Shown: positions 37,851 to 51,334 of the stretch, piece by piece
Position numbering within the stretch: position 1 is the stretch's first letter
Layout: every line of letters starts with the position of its first letter
Source of the DNA: Octopus bimaculoides
Taxonomy: Eukaryota
Assembly: GCF_001194135.2 (NCBI RefSeq)
Contig: NC_068982.1
Span: 153,499,938-153,556,237 of the forward strand
Length of the DNA: 56,300 bases
Direction of reading: 5' to 3'
The notes under the pieces: model-generated
Told to the model about the DNA's origin: nothing
The model's database searches: none
Seen by the model: the letters and a program-made list of their open reading frames with translations, nothing else
Translations under genes and position numbers: made by a program

Positions 37851-40059
37851 AATATTGATTGATTGAACTTTTATTGCACTATTCCGAGTGGCAATGACCA
37901 CTCATTCATATGGAAAATTCGAATGGTATAAATAGAAGCGGTTGGTAAAATATTATAAAAGAAATATCAAACAAAACATTAGCAATGATTTTAAAATGGC
38001 CTTTTTGAAATGAAACTTCTAATTTTCTTTAATTTTCAAACATTTCAAAATATATTCCTTGCAATGTTTTAAGTGTTATGCAAATTCATCAGTGTTTCCC
38101 GTTTATCATTTCCTTAAATATTTATAAATATCTTCTGATTATTCATTCTCTAACTCTATTTATTTAAAAATCAATTAGTGATTAGTTAGGTTCTTAGCTA
38201 TAAATTTATAATGAAACTAGAATAAATATTTTATTGAGCAGAGCAAATGAAACAGTATGACTATAGTAATTTCCTGCAATATAAGTAGCAAGATAGCTTT
38301 GAGGAATTTGCCTTACATCTGTAAATTTAAAATCGAAAAGATAAATGTATTTTAAATATAGACTGAGGTTATGAAAATCAGATAAATTTCTCATAACCTA
38401 ATCATATTGTTTATTTATAAAACTGTTAGATTTTCTGAAGACTTTCTGACGACGATATATTTCATATCCAAAATCCTGTCGGTATATCCTGATTTAGACT
38501 GGTTTCAATTTACATTATTCAGCGAATGAAATTTCTTTGTTTTTAAAGATTACATTTCTTTTGAGTTCCTTATTTGAGAATTGTGGGTTTATCGATCGTG
38601 ATATGGCAAGATAAAATTGGAAGGGTACAACTTATAAGGAAGTAAATAATTTATTTTATATTGTTTAGTTACGGATAATATATTCTAATTCATGTAAATT
38701 TCCCTATTTAACATGTATTTCAATGCCGTGTCTTATTAGCGCCCTATTATAATCTGATATATGCGAGAGTCGGTGACGTGACATATTCAAAGCCTTGTAA
38801 TATTTAGTTATGCTTCTGTAATTAATCAGATCAGTTAAACACAGGAGTTCATTTTGATTTGCCCTGTCAAATACTAGGAACGGTTTAACCAGAATTTAGT
38901 CTTATTTCTCGGCTAAAAAATCGTTGTATTTTACACATCAGGACAAAGTGATCATCCAACCCAACAATTTGTTCCACTGTATAATATTAAGAAAAACCAC
39001 GATGTGGATTCGATTTGAAGTTGAAGAAAGTTAATTTATGTAACTGACAATATTGATAAAGTACATCTCACTGTTACAAAGCGGGCAATAAGATTTACCT
39101 TTATCATATGGAAAAGATAGAGAGGGAATATTCCATTCCAGATCAAATTGTCCAATTATTTACAGTGAGATTTACTTTATCCTCTTCCCAGAGAATCCCC
39201 TTGTAAACACGTTTATAGAGCGCATTTATCGTTGCAAACATTGGCAAAAACATACCCTTAGTTTCTATAAGTGATTTCTACCATTCTATAAAATTCGACC
39301 TTTGACTGTCTTCTTACGTTTCACTTCCACTAAATATATCTACCTCCAAGCCTTTAAGCTTAATTCTAATTCACCTATTGCTCTATATCTCTCCACTATT
39401 AGTTTTCTGCTAATTTCTTTCTTTCTCTTCCTTCTCTTTCTATAAATTACCTTGACGTTGTATCTACTAACAGCTTTGTAAAAAAAAAAAAAAACCTGCT
39501 AGCGTTCCCCTCATCGTATACACAGTCATCAAATTCTGTTAAAATGTCTTATTGATGTGTTTGGTTTCCTTCTTTCTCTGATGAGAGGATTGCATTGTTT
39601 TACACCGTTTTATTCCTTCTGGAATAATACCAATGTTTTCTTCGAAGCATATATCGGAAGTAAAAAGATTTAAATAACACCTGAGTTTAACCCCATTTAT
39701 TTATCTATATTATCGAAAAACATTTCACCTAAACCTGGAGTTTCTACATTTATAATTAGGCTGTTACATCCTTGGTACTTGTGTGAATTTTTGCTACCCT
39801 AGTAACTATTTGTTTATGTATTCCGTGTTATTTGTAAACACAGAAAAAACACATACGATGTATGTATGTACGTGTGTGTGAGGGAGCAAGATGGACTTAG
39901 TAGACATAAGTATTGTCCCTTCGTTACCGGCAGCGTTTTAAGCTTCTTGTGTACATCAAATGATTACCAGCGCGTGCACACACAGAAACAAACTTATACA
40001 TACATACGTACATACAATACATACATGCATACATACATACATACATATATATACATGTA

Positions 40060-40106
<47 letters not shown>

Positions 40107-40111
40107 CATAT

Positions 40112-40201
40112 AGAGGGATGACGACTAAGTGGACAGTCATTATGCTAGATGTAGACTCCTACATCTAGGATAATGAATGTCCACTCAGTGGTCATCCCTC
40201 T
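40112..40201. mobile_element. 90-bp fold-back MITE
   Basis: 43-bp arms with 4 mismatches and a 4-nt loop. Terminal AGAGGGATGAC/GTCATCCCTCT within (TA)-rich flanks. A related left end lies at 33880-33955. Confidence 0.8.
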
Positions 40202-40699
40202 TATATGTATGTAATATACTTTTTTTCTGAATTTTCAGATTTTTCAATATGGTAGGCCACTGGTTTTAAACTGATATTAATCAAATTAATATTCAATTTT
40301 TCACCCTTATTATTTAAATACTTATATATATATTTAAACCTGCATGTATTTTTGGAGGTGCCAATTTTTATCATAGTCCATTGGCCATTATCTTTCACTC
40401 ACTCTTATCATATTTCATTTCTCAACTAATTCCTTTCATTATATTCTTCTTATTAACCTGATTAGTGTCTTATTGATTAGCATTCATTCGTCTACTTTCG
40501 CAAATAAATAGCACATAGTTAGAATTAGTATGTCCGAATTCTTTATTATAATTAAATAAAAGCATCGTTATTGGGGACCATACCTTTGTTAATGAGGCTG
40601 TTGTTGTTTGTTATCAGGTCAGACTTCATTGAGATCAATAATATGCCGGTCGTAGAAATCAGGTTTATTTGTGATATGACGTCATTATGCATGTATATT

Positions 40700-41090
40700 C
40701 TTTTACATATTTCAGTCATTTGACTGCGGCAATGCTGGAGCACCGCCTTTCGTCGAGCAAATCGACCCCAGGACTTTGTAAGCCTAGTACTTATTCTATC
40801 GGTTCCTTTTGCCGAACCGCTAAGTAACGAGGACGTAAACACACTAACATCGGTTGTCAAGCGATGTTGGGGGGACAAACACACACAAACGCACACACAT
40901 ATATATGTATATATACATATACATATATACGACGGTCTTCTTTCAGTTTCCGTCTACCAAATCCACTCACAAGACTGGTCGGCCCGAGGCTGTAGTAGAA
41001 GACACTTGCTAAAGTGCCACGCAGTGGGACTGAAACCGGAACTACGTGATTGGTAAGCAAGCTACTTACCGCACAGCCACTCGTGCGCCT
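40700..41090 (-). mobile_element. Full-length SINE family C
   Basis: tRNA-like head at 41090-41020, internal (AT/GT)n, and a 3' part ...aggcggtgctccagcattgccgcagtcaaatgactgaaa. Confidence 0.88.
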
Positions 41091-41105
41091 GGATGTAGAT
41101 GTATG

Positions 41106-41198
<93 letters not shown>

Positions 41199-41375
41199 AT
41201 ATATGTGTGTGTATGCATGTATATGTATGTATGTGCATATATATATACGGCAGCTTTCGTCCTAATTTTGGGACTGCCATGTTGGCTTGGCGATAACTAT
41301 TAATTTCCAGTACCGCTGCCGTAGTCTCCTTTAGAGAGACTTAGAAATATTAATAACTCTCTCTATATATATATA

Positions 41376-41590
41376 TGTAACAATTAGAAAATGGAGGATA
41401 ATATGCCGATCCTCCATTTTCTAATTGTTACACAAATTTTGGGTAAAACCTCCACTTTTACCCGCTCCTATTGATTGCACCTAGTATAGCACTAGTGTAT
41501 CAATAATTGGGTACCCTCCCAGCAGTATACTGGATAGATACTATCCCTTAGTGGGTTGTACCCCCAACCCCTAACTCACTCACGTTATAT
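41376..41590. repeat. Hairpin-rich element starting with a perfect 24-bp inverted repeat
   Basis: 41376-41399 is the exact reverse complement of 41409-41432. Several further short stems follow. Flanked by (TA)n. Confidence 0.7.
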
Positions 41591-42590
41591 ATATATATAT
41601 ATATATATATNNNNNNNNNNNNNNNNNNNNNNNNNNNNNNNNNNNNNNNNNNNNNNNNNNNNNNNNNNNNNNNNNNNNNNNNNNNNNNNNNNNNNNNNNN
41701 NNNNNNNNNNNNNNNNNNNNNNNNNNNNNNNNNNNNNNNNNNNNNNNNNNNNNNNNNNNNNNNNNNNNNNNNNNNNNNNNNNNNNNNNNNNNNNNNNNNN
41801 NNNNNNNNNNNNNNNNNNNNNNNNNNNNNNNNNNNNNNNNNNNNNNNNNNNNNNNNNNNNNNNNNNNNNNNNNNNNNNNNNNNNNNNNNNNNNNNNNNNN
41901 NNNNNNNNNNNNNNNNNNNNNNNNNNNNNNNNNNNNNNNNNNNNNNNNNNNNNNNNNNNNNNNNNNNNNNNNNNNNNNNNNNNNNNNNNNNNNNNNNNNN
42001 NNNNNNNNNNNNNNNNNNNNNNNNNNNNNNNNNNNNNNNNNNNNNNNNNNNNNNNNNNNNNNNNNNNNNNNNNNNNNNNNNNNNNNNNNNNNNNNNNNNN
42101 NNNNNNNNNNNNNNNNNNNNNNNNNNNNNNNNNNNNNNNNNNNNNNNNNNNNNNNNNNNNNNNNNNNNNNNNNNNNNNNNNNNNNNNNNNNNNNNNNNNN
42201 NNNNNNNNNNNNNNNNNNNNNNNNNNNNNNNNNNNNNNNNNNNNNNNNNNNNNNNNNNNNNNNNNNNNNNNNNNNNNNNNNNNNNNNNNNNNNNNNNNNN
42301 NNNNNNNNNNNNNNNNNNNNNNNNNNNNNNNNNNNNNNNNNNNNNNNNNNNNNNNNNNNNNNNNNNNNNNNNNNNNNNNNNNNNNNNNNNNNNNNNNNNN
42401 NNNNNNNNNNNNNNNNNNNNNNNNNNNNNNNNNNNNNNNNNNNNNNNNNNNNNNNNNNNNNNNNNNNNNNNNNNNNNNNNNNNNNNNNNNNNNNNNNNNN
42501 NNNNNNNNNNNNNNNNNNNNNNNNNNNNNNNNNNNNNNNNNNNNNNNNNNNNNNNNNNNNGGGGGGGGCGGAGGCACAGAGACAGACAGA

Positions 42591-42591
42591 C

Positions 42592-42636
<45 letters not shown>
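42591..42636. repeat. (GATA)n microsatellite
   Basis: Read directly. Confidence 0.95.
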
Positions 42637-43859
42637 TAGTGAGAGAAGGGGTGAGGGAAGGAGAGAAAGACAGAGTTAATAACATGAGTGGTACTTTAAC
42701 AGATGATGCTTGCCCACTAAGAAGCTCTAGAACTTCTCTTGGAAGTTCTTTTACAAAGTGGTTTGACTTTGATGGTGGTAGGCCTTCGTCTAACACCTGA
42801 TATCTTAAATATATACATGATAAGCTGTATTTGGATGATGATAAGGAAACCTCATCCGACTGAGGCAGGTAGTGTCCGAAGTGTGGAATGTGCATTTGAC
42901 TATTCGAGTAACATTAACAACCTTACGTCTACTACGAATATTGCATCTTAATCTGATATAGATAATACAACGACAATTACTTCGTCTCCTAATAGCAATA
43001 ATAATACTAAGTATCTTTACCATATGTAACTCTAGTGTTTCTATTTAGTGCTATTTAAATAACAAAATCTTAGAAATAATTTAGTATACGAATATTTAGT
43101 TACCATCCCAGAAAAAGTATATTACTATATATATGCTACTGCATCGAAAGTTAAATTTAGATACAGAATTATGTGCAAGATTTAAAACCGGAAAGCTCTT
43201 TGCACTTCCTTAGCTAAATTTCACGGACATATAATACAATAGGGCTTATTCAGAATCAGAGTGAACAGCAGAAGGAGAAATGATTTATTAGTAGAAGCTG
43301 ACTGTAGTTTTGAAATCGGCATGCCAATTTTCATCTAACTCAACTGAAAAAGCAAACTGAACAGAAATTATGTTGGAAATTGTTCCCCTGTGTTATTGAT
43401 CTGGTGTGCCCTCAAATTCAGTAACACATTTCTTAACGTTTTCATTTACTAATTTTATTGAATTAAACAATTACATAATGTTATAGACAGTGTCCTTACA
43501 CTTTTATCATCTTTAGCTTTATCACCGGCAAATATATTATGTGCTCTGTAAATCAGAACACATCACTTTAATAATTTATTATACTACTAATCAATTTATT
43601 TCGTTGTTCAATTGAGAGTGAACAACACCATTGTGATCACAATTTTAACCTATGACTGCACCTTTAGTTTAGCACATTGCTCTTATCTTTATTCTTTTAT
43701 TCTCATATTCATCTTGTTTTTTCCCCTTATACATTTTATCGCACATTTAAGGAGCTATTCTAGCTATATATTGTAGTAAACCACCATCTCATTGAAAATT
43801 TCGCTTCCAGAATTCCTGTCTGTCCCTCCATCTACGGTATATATGAATGTGTATATATA

Positions 43860-44075
43860 TATGGAATTGAAGAGTAGCTTCACACCGCATACAATTAAGT
43901 GGAGAACAGAGGAGAAATGGAAGCTATATGTTAATGGATCTAAGAAATGCAACTTATGCGTAGCAGAAAGATCTCATATTGTTTTTCGATCCAGCAATTC
44001 CAAAATATGCCTAATTTTAGAGATATGAAAATTGTAGTAGGTGTAGACAAATGAACAAGTTTATTTTATCGAAGT
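43860..44075 (+). mobile_element. Penelope-like element, GIY-YIG C-terminal fragment
   Basis: TIKWRTEEKWKLYVNGSKKCNLCVAERSHIV ... SRCRQMNKFIL matches the IKW..L....PY..GS+KCNLCL.EK ... SKCRH.NKF tail of PLE endonucleases. Confidence 0.7.
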
Positions 44076-45316
44076 AGAGGGCACCATCTGCTCTGGAATG
44101 AGTTGCTGTCTCGCACACTTTGACATATCTTCTGTCACTTTAATGCACTTTCTGCAATCAGAGTGGACGAGCATCTTAGTATTCTTGATTTCGGTTCTTT
44201 TTTCTCATTCAGATTTTTGCACCAATCTTCGCTTTTTTTCCAAGTTTCTTCTGTCCAGCGTACTTGTTTTTAAACTATTTTTACGCATTAGCAGAACCTG
44301 AAATATTGCTTTAAGATACATGGTGTATTCTATAAATATGCCTGTTCAAGTATCATAATAGCATAAAACTGTTAGTAACTCTTTCCGTTGTGAATTTAAA
44401 TTGATACACACACACAACATAAATTGATTTGTCCATGGTGTATCATTTTGTTTTGTGGACGATAATGTTTAGAATAAGATTAACTGCTTTGGGACAATAG
44501 ACTAATCTCAATCTACAGTGTCTCTATTTGAGTGAATTTCTGATAACTTGAAAACCCTCCTGTTTATAATATATTACTTTGTCTTTCCGTGTTATATTTA
44601 ATAGTCTAATTTCCGTTATGAAAATTATTATCTAGTTCGGTGTTATTTTCGTAAATTAGTCTGTGGAATGATAAGGGGAACTTTCCTGTAATCCTATACG
44701 TATATTCAATCATGTGATTTCATGTGAACATTCAACCGCTTATTGAAAGGATCGTCACTGATTAAAACTGTAATACCGTTATCTTCATTTTTTTTTTCTT
44801 TTTTGCTCTACGATGATGACACCAATCTCATAATCAACATATTTCCTAGGGTTTTGCATCGAATGCTTTTCAGAATAATGGATTTGTTACCTATGCATTC
44901 TCTTAGTCAGAATCTTGTAGGGTGCGCTGACTTGGTAATCGCCAGGGCTCCCTAAGAACCTATTCCCTAAATTACACACACACACACACATATATGTATA
45001 CATACATATATATATATTTAGAGGGAAAGAGAAAGAGAGGAAGAGAGACAGTCCGACAGACAGACAGATACATACTTACTTGCATACGTAGATACATACA
45101 CAAATTTACAGATACATGTGCGTTCGGTTGTATGTCTACAGCGTTTTAATAGTCGTTACTCTGCCCTTTCAGTTTTACAAACCTACTGCCGTAACTTTTC
45201 ATTTCTCTTTGCTGTAACTATTACCCATTCTATCTGCTAACACTAGAAAATTTCCCCCTTTCTTATCTGATCTACTCCTCGTTTCAAACTAATTCTAATC
45301 ATGATTTTTATTTCAT

Positions 45317-45712
45317 TTATTACCTCTGCTTTTGCTAATGCGGAGATATTGTTTTCAGTCGAGTTTGTTTGTCTGTGGACAAGATAACTAAAGAACCGCT
45401 AGATGGATTCGGATGAAATTTTCTGAGATGTTTGGCCACGTGACTGGCACGAACTGATTAAATTTGGGGATCGATCCGGTAACAGACAAGGATTCTGAAT
45501 AATTTTTCTGTTTTTTTTCTTTTTTGTTGTTTTTCTTTTACTTAATTTTTGAGAGTGGTTGGGTTCATTTTTAATATTCTCGTTCGTGAGAGCAGTCGAG
45601 TTTATTTCAGATATTCTCATTTTAAGAAAATCATCTCCGGCTAATCGTCGAGAGGACATTGGTGTTGCCTTGACGGAGGTTTGCGCTCTCTGAGTGTAAT
45701 TGTTATTTCTTG
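45317..45712 (+). mobile_element. Helentron-associated non-autonomous element (HINE/DINE-like)
   Basis: 5' ttattacctctgc...gcggagat subterminal palindrome, (gttt/gtct)n microsatellite, gatggatt..gatgaaattt block, 3' gacggaggtttgcgctctctgagtg, and T-rich flanks. Confidence 0.75.
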
Positions 45713-46982
45713 TTTCTACGACAACGTATTCTACACAAAATATTAGACGCATTTTGTTATTTAAGGCATGCACATTTTCTACTCGTTGAATTATTTATTT
45801 ATTTATTTATTCATTCATTTTTTTTTTTTTTTTTTTTTTTTGCTGTCTTTAATATTGCTCTAAAAAGGTTTTCCTGATAAAACGTCATCGGCTGTATTGA
45901 CAATTCCTTCCCAGTAGCAGCTTTTTTAGCTGCGAAAACGTAAAGAGCGTACGCTTACAGTGTGCGGGGAGTAATCAAACAGTTATTATCTGGATAATGT
46001 TTGGTGACACTAATTACGACTCTCGTGTTCATCTGTAAAATATGACAGTGACAAAAGGTTGTCTTCCTTCTCAAATGCTTTATACATATTGAAGATCCTT
46101 GAGGTAACTCCGGAAAATATTAGTTGATTTCTCCTTTTTAAGTAGACATATTTATATCTATTCCTCGCATACTATTACGACAACTGGAACTTCATCACCG
46201 AATGTCAAGACAAATCTTAGAATGTAATGATGGAAACATATATTTGAGTTATATAAACTTTGTTTATAATGTTTTCACCAAAGTTTGCAATCTATGTTTG
46301 GAGCCATAGACGCATAGTTGCGTACTTAGACATTTATAACTGCTAGTGTTAAGCAGGCATTTATCAATCTCAGACAAGAGATTCCGGCTAGTTGAGGTAT
46401 ATTTAGAGGCTTCGTATACAAGCATCGACACACATAGGTATCAATACACAGATATTTCTGACGACAGAACGAATTAGTTGATGACCGATACCATCTCGAT
46501 TGAAATATATAAAATGTCAAACCTATAGTTTACTCCATCAATTACTACTATTTTAAGTACCCCACACACACCCACACACGGGCGACTTTCTCTCAGTCGC
46601 TAAATGATAATAGCACATTTGGTTCCCAATTTGTGTTATTTCTATGATATATTGAGTCTAATTTAATTGTATATGCTTTGCGTATCAAACAGCACTCACT
46701 CGCTCAAAAGATAAATTTAGAATAGCAAACACTTAAGGACATCATTAGAATTTATGAGGAAATCAGTTATTATAAAGTATTATATTGACTTTCATTAGCC
46801 ACGTAACAATCGTATATATAGATAGATTTCGTAACTTTGTATGGCAGAGATCTAAAATTCGCACCTAGTAAGTACTGGAATAATTTGCATTGAAAACCTT
46901 ACTGTAGATTCAAACACATTTGATTATTTAAGTTATTGTTTGCGCTGCATTTTGTTTCCGTTGATGTATATATCTATATATA

Positions 46983-47500
46983 TTCGAGGGTCGGTTGAAA
47001 AGTTTATAGGCTCATGGAATGTGACCAAATGAAGTTTACTTTTTAACATGGTCACCCACCCACGCTCTGCAGTCAACACACCTCTTCCATTGGCATTGCA
47101 GTGCTTGGATCCCATTGATGAAGAATCTTTCATTCTATAGCCTTCAAAATTCATCAACAGCAGATATGACGTCATCATCACTGCGTTACTTATTGATCCC
47201 TATCCATGTGGTTTGTCAGTTTGGAGAACAGATATTAGTCAGTTAAGACGAAATCAAGACCTTTTTCCGTTCATTTTCCTGGACGTTTAATCTTGGTACT
47301 TTTTTTGTAACTGGCTCACCAGGTTGGCATAGTACTCTCCATTGATGGAATGGCCCGTTTGAAGATAGTCAACACAAAACAATATGTTATGAATACCCAA
47401 AACACCATCACCTTTCCGGCAGATGAAAGGATCTGGATTTGGTAGGGTTGCAAATTTCTTAATACATATCTGCATGGTATCTATCAAGACATATCAAACG
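46983..47500 (-). mobile_element. Fragmented mariner (3' TIR + catalytic-domain pieces)
   Basis: TIR-like tcgagggtcggttgaaaagtt. ORF 47287-47487 contains LFCVDYLQTGHSINGEYYANLVSQL. Confidence 0.7.
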
Positions 47501-47779
47501 CGTGAAACCATAACGCATAAAAACCCACATTATTGTCCTATGGTTTAACACAAAGCATAACGTACTTGTTTCCAAAAACAGAAGACACAGTGCCATCCCA
47601 AAAACAGCCCAAAGTACAGAAACATAAAAATTTCAGTTAATTGATCCGACAATTCTAGTAGAATGTAACATCTCAGATTACATCTCAGAAAAAGTCTAAA
47701 AATAAAACCCTCAGATTGAGATTTCCAGATTGTTGCATATCGCCATCCAAACCATGCCAGTTATTTTGTTTGTAGTATT

Positions 47780-48414
47780 TACGAGGTGCTGATGTTTTTT
47801 TTTTTTTGTTGACAGTTACAACTGCCCTAGATTGTTGTAAATTTAGCATATCACTACTTTACCTATCATAAGTTGACCGACCATTTATTTTTAACTGGCA
47901 CAAGAGGTGCGACAGAGCAAGTCCTCCGAGAAGAACATGATGATCCCGTTTTCGATAGTAATGCCATCATCTACATCCACTGATCTCCCTCTAAACCGAC
48001 GGTCAACAAAGAGTACTTTGTGGGGGAATTTGCGGGGGTTTCAGGAAGAGATTATGTCACAAAAGGCTAGAACAGCTGCACCAGGACAATGCACCATTTC
48101 AAAAGTTCATTCTGGCAACGAACTACTTGACAGAAATGGGCATCAGAATTGGTATTCATCCTCCCTACAGTCCTGACCTTGCTTCTTGTGACTTTTGGTT
48201 GTCCCACAAGCTGAAAGAGAAGATAAAAGAAGCCATGACAAGAGTCCTGCACATCTTCACTTCGAAGGACTTCCATGGGGCCTTCACAGAATCACTGGAC
48301 AGCCACGACATGTGCATTAATCCTATTTTTGAAGGGGATTAAAGTTTTGTACGTCTTTGAAATTAAAAAGTGCCTCTCCTTATAACGCCTCACATTTCTG
48401 GAATGCACCTTGTA
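47780..48414 (+). mobile_element. Internally deleted mariner, DD34D
   Basis: TA|CGAGGTGC ... GCACCTTG|TA ends. LHQDNAP...HPPYSPDLASCD has exactly 34 residues between the second and third catalytic D. Confidence 0.88.
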
Positions 48415-49488
48415 TTGCTAATCAATTCCGGCGCCTGAAAATGTGACGCAGTTATATATCCCTTTCAACACGTAAAAAAGATTCGAGTAATACGAGATAA
48501 TTTTCACGTCTCTTTTTACTTCCCATGTAACATCTCCTGAGACGTCATTCAAACTCCACTCTGCAGTCTTAATTATGATTTGATATGCTGAATAGCTCCT
48601 GTCTATATGTAATAACACAGAAAATCAGCTTTTGAATATTCACAGGTTGATTTCTGGCCGGGTAATAAGGATCCGTCTCAGATTACAAATATTTGTTGGA
48701 AGAAACTCCTCTGTTCTGTAGGAATGCTCGATTGATCGAAGACATTCTAAGTTTATAATAACAGCTTATTACTTAACCATTAAAATCATACGTAAATCAT
48801 ATATCAGAAAGAGTACCTATCAACTGGAGCTTGAAAAGCGTAACAGGCTCGAAGTTGGAGCTCATAATGTCGAATATCTACAAAAAGAGCTGCAGCAACT
48901 CTTTCTGTTCATTCTTTTTGCTACCTCTGTCTATCAATACAATACAAAACTGAACCAAATGAGGATTTATACATTCGATTTCGCTTAACTGCATAATATA
49001 GGTGGTTGAATGTAGTAGGCAATTGACCGGCTTATGCACTTAAACGAAGTTGTTCATCGGCGAGAAATTACAAGACTGCTATATATTGTCAGTAATAATG
49101 TATTGTGACTTTGTTAGTCATCTATGGATTATAAAATAAAACATTTTTTTTTTTACTTCTATATTTTCTGTACATATAATTTACTTACGTTCCAGCCAGT
49201 TCAAGCTATGCTTGTTATGTATATGTATCGACATAATAATCGTTTCATTTATCCCTTTGATATTTTTCAATTACTCAAGATAAAACAGATTCATGCGTCT
49301 CCATAACTACTACCACGTTATTTTACTCATTATCTCATAAAACAACAAATGTGTACACATTCAAGTTATCTTTTTTATTGATATGTAATATGTATTGACA
49401 TAAACGTTTTTCAAACGCTTTTGCTACTCTTCAATACTCAACAGTAGTGAGATTCACATGTCCAGACAATGACTTTCACAGAAACACA

Positions 49489-49542
<54 letters not shown>

Positions 49543-50699
49543 CGCACACATGTACATGCATACACATACGTAAACACACGTATGTGTGAACTTGTACGTA
49601 TACACACACACACACACACACACACATAAACACACACAAAACATCCAGGCCTACGTGGGTAAAGAAAAGTTTTATTGGGTCAAATAAATGCTAATGAAGT
49701 TAGTAACAAAAACAACAAAATAATGTCTGTTCAATACTTGATTCAAATCTACCTTTTTTTTTACCAATTTTATTTATCTGCAATGAAGATTTATTTATCG
49801 TAAAATTTTGTTATACAATTAAAAGTAAGAAAAGTGTACACATCAATCTGAACTTCAGTAGCCTTTAACTCATTGAAATAGCAATACTAATTTCGATACT
49901 TTTGACTCTTTTGACATTAGTTGTTTGTTAACATCAGTTGCTGACTGCTGTCATTTTAACTCAAGAAAACTCAGGCTTCTAAAATCAGTTTATTCATATA
50001 AAATGAAATAACTTTTTACCTTTATGTCACATTTTACTAATGATTCAAGCTGTCGTTGTTATCATTTTATTATAGCAGCTCCGGTTCCTGGTTTCTTCAA
50101 AGAACAGAGGTCAGCCTGGGCAGAGTATTTTCCAAGAGTCAAACTCCAACATTTTGTTTTTAAATTCCACTGTTGTAATAGTGTTTTAGTACAGGCCGTC
50201 TACAAATTACAGAAAAACATCCAAACATGCTCGCACATTTCTAACATCAGTAAACTGTCAGTTGCCCGACTATGTGATGACGGGTGCATAGGAATATTAT
50301 ACTGAAAAAGGGAAATAATATACATATTAATCATGCTTCTATATACGAAATTATCTGCAATATATATGGCCATTATAGTTCTTGAAATAACAACAATCCA
50401 TGTTCTGTGTTCCAACTTGTATCTTGACGACCACAGAGTGTTTATGTCTAGCCATGCGTGCACAATTAATTTTTCAGTTAATAGCAAAACTTCAACATTG
50501 TATGGATGTGTATGGGTAAATGTCTCTTTGTGTGTTGTGGGGTGTATATACAGGTACGCATGAACATTCTTACAGGGAGCACCTTTGTATACACTCATCT
50601 ACACACGAAGAGACACACATATATACTGATATATTGGTGAACAGTCAACAACGTTGATAGAATAAAAATTTGAATTTGCAGCTGTGACAAAATTAGCTG

Positions 50700-51310
50700 A
50701 CATGGAGGACTCGAATCCATCTGAAACTGGAAATCAGTTACCTGCATCATGAGGATTCGCACCAGATATTATAACTGGTGATCAATAATGTAATGTGTTT
50801 GAGATATGATATGGACAGCTGTAACGGAGACAACGAACCTGTGACTGGCAGGAAGCGACACAACTCGCGTTCTGATTGCATCCGTACGCCAGTGTTCATA
50901 TCCACACTTTTGAACAGACGGCTCCGTAAAGCGACTGGAAACTGCAATCAATCCCTGGCTGGAGAGGGTTGCTGCTGGAATACCATATGAATTCCAACAG
51001 GATTTGTCTCCTTGCCATATTTCTGGGTAGGGTCAAAAATGATTGTCGAAGGATTTCAACAGTTTTACCAGATCCATTTTCTGTCCTCTTAACTCCCTCG
51101 ATTGTAATCCCATGCATCACCATGTGTAGGACACAGTTGAAAATGAGACCAACCGCTCTCTCTCTCTACAACACCTAGGCGGAACTGGTGGCCAAGATCA
51201 AGGAAGTGTTCGAAGATCTTCTCAGGAACACAGAGAGAAACGCAAACACCCAGTTACAGAGCCGTCTTGAGGCTGTGGTTTGAAACTGTGGGCAGTTACT
51301 GAGATATCAT
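50700..51310 (+). mobile_element. maT-type (DD37D) Tc1/mariner relic, internally deleted
   Basis: VTGRKRHNSRSDCIRTP, INPWLERVAAGIPYEFQQD, and NSLDCNPM(H) with 37 residues from D to the decayed third D (GAT>CAT). Then ELVAKIKEVFEDL. Confidence 0.8.
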
Positions 51311-51334
51311 CTCATGCTTGTTCTAGTAAATTTT

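Noticed and set aside
44060-44330. Nearly open minus frame containing LVHSDCRKC
   Set aside because: It has an internal stop, an A-rich composition, and no family I can name. It is probably a TE relic but unsupported.
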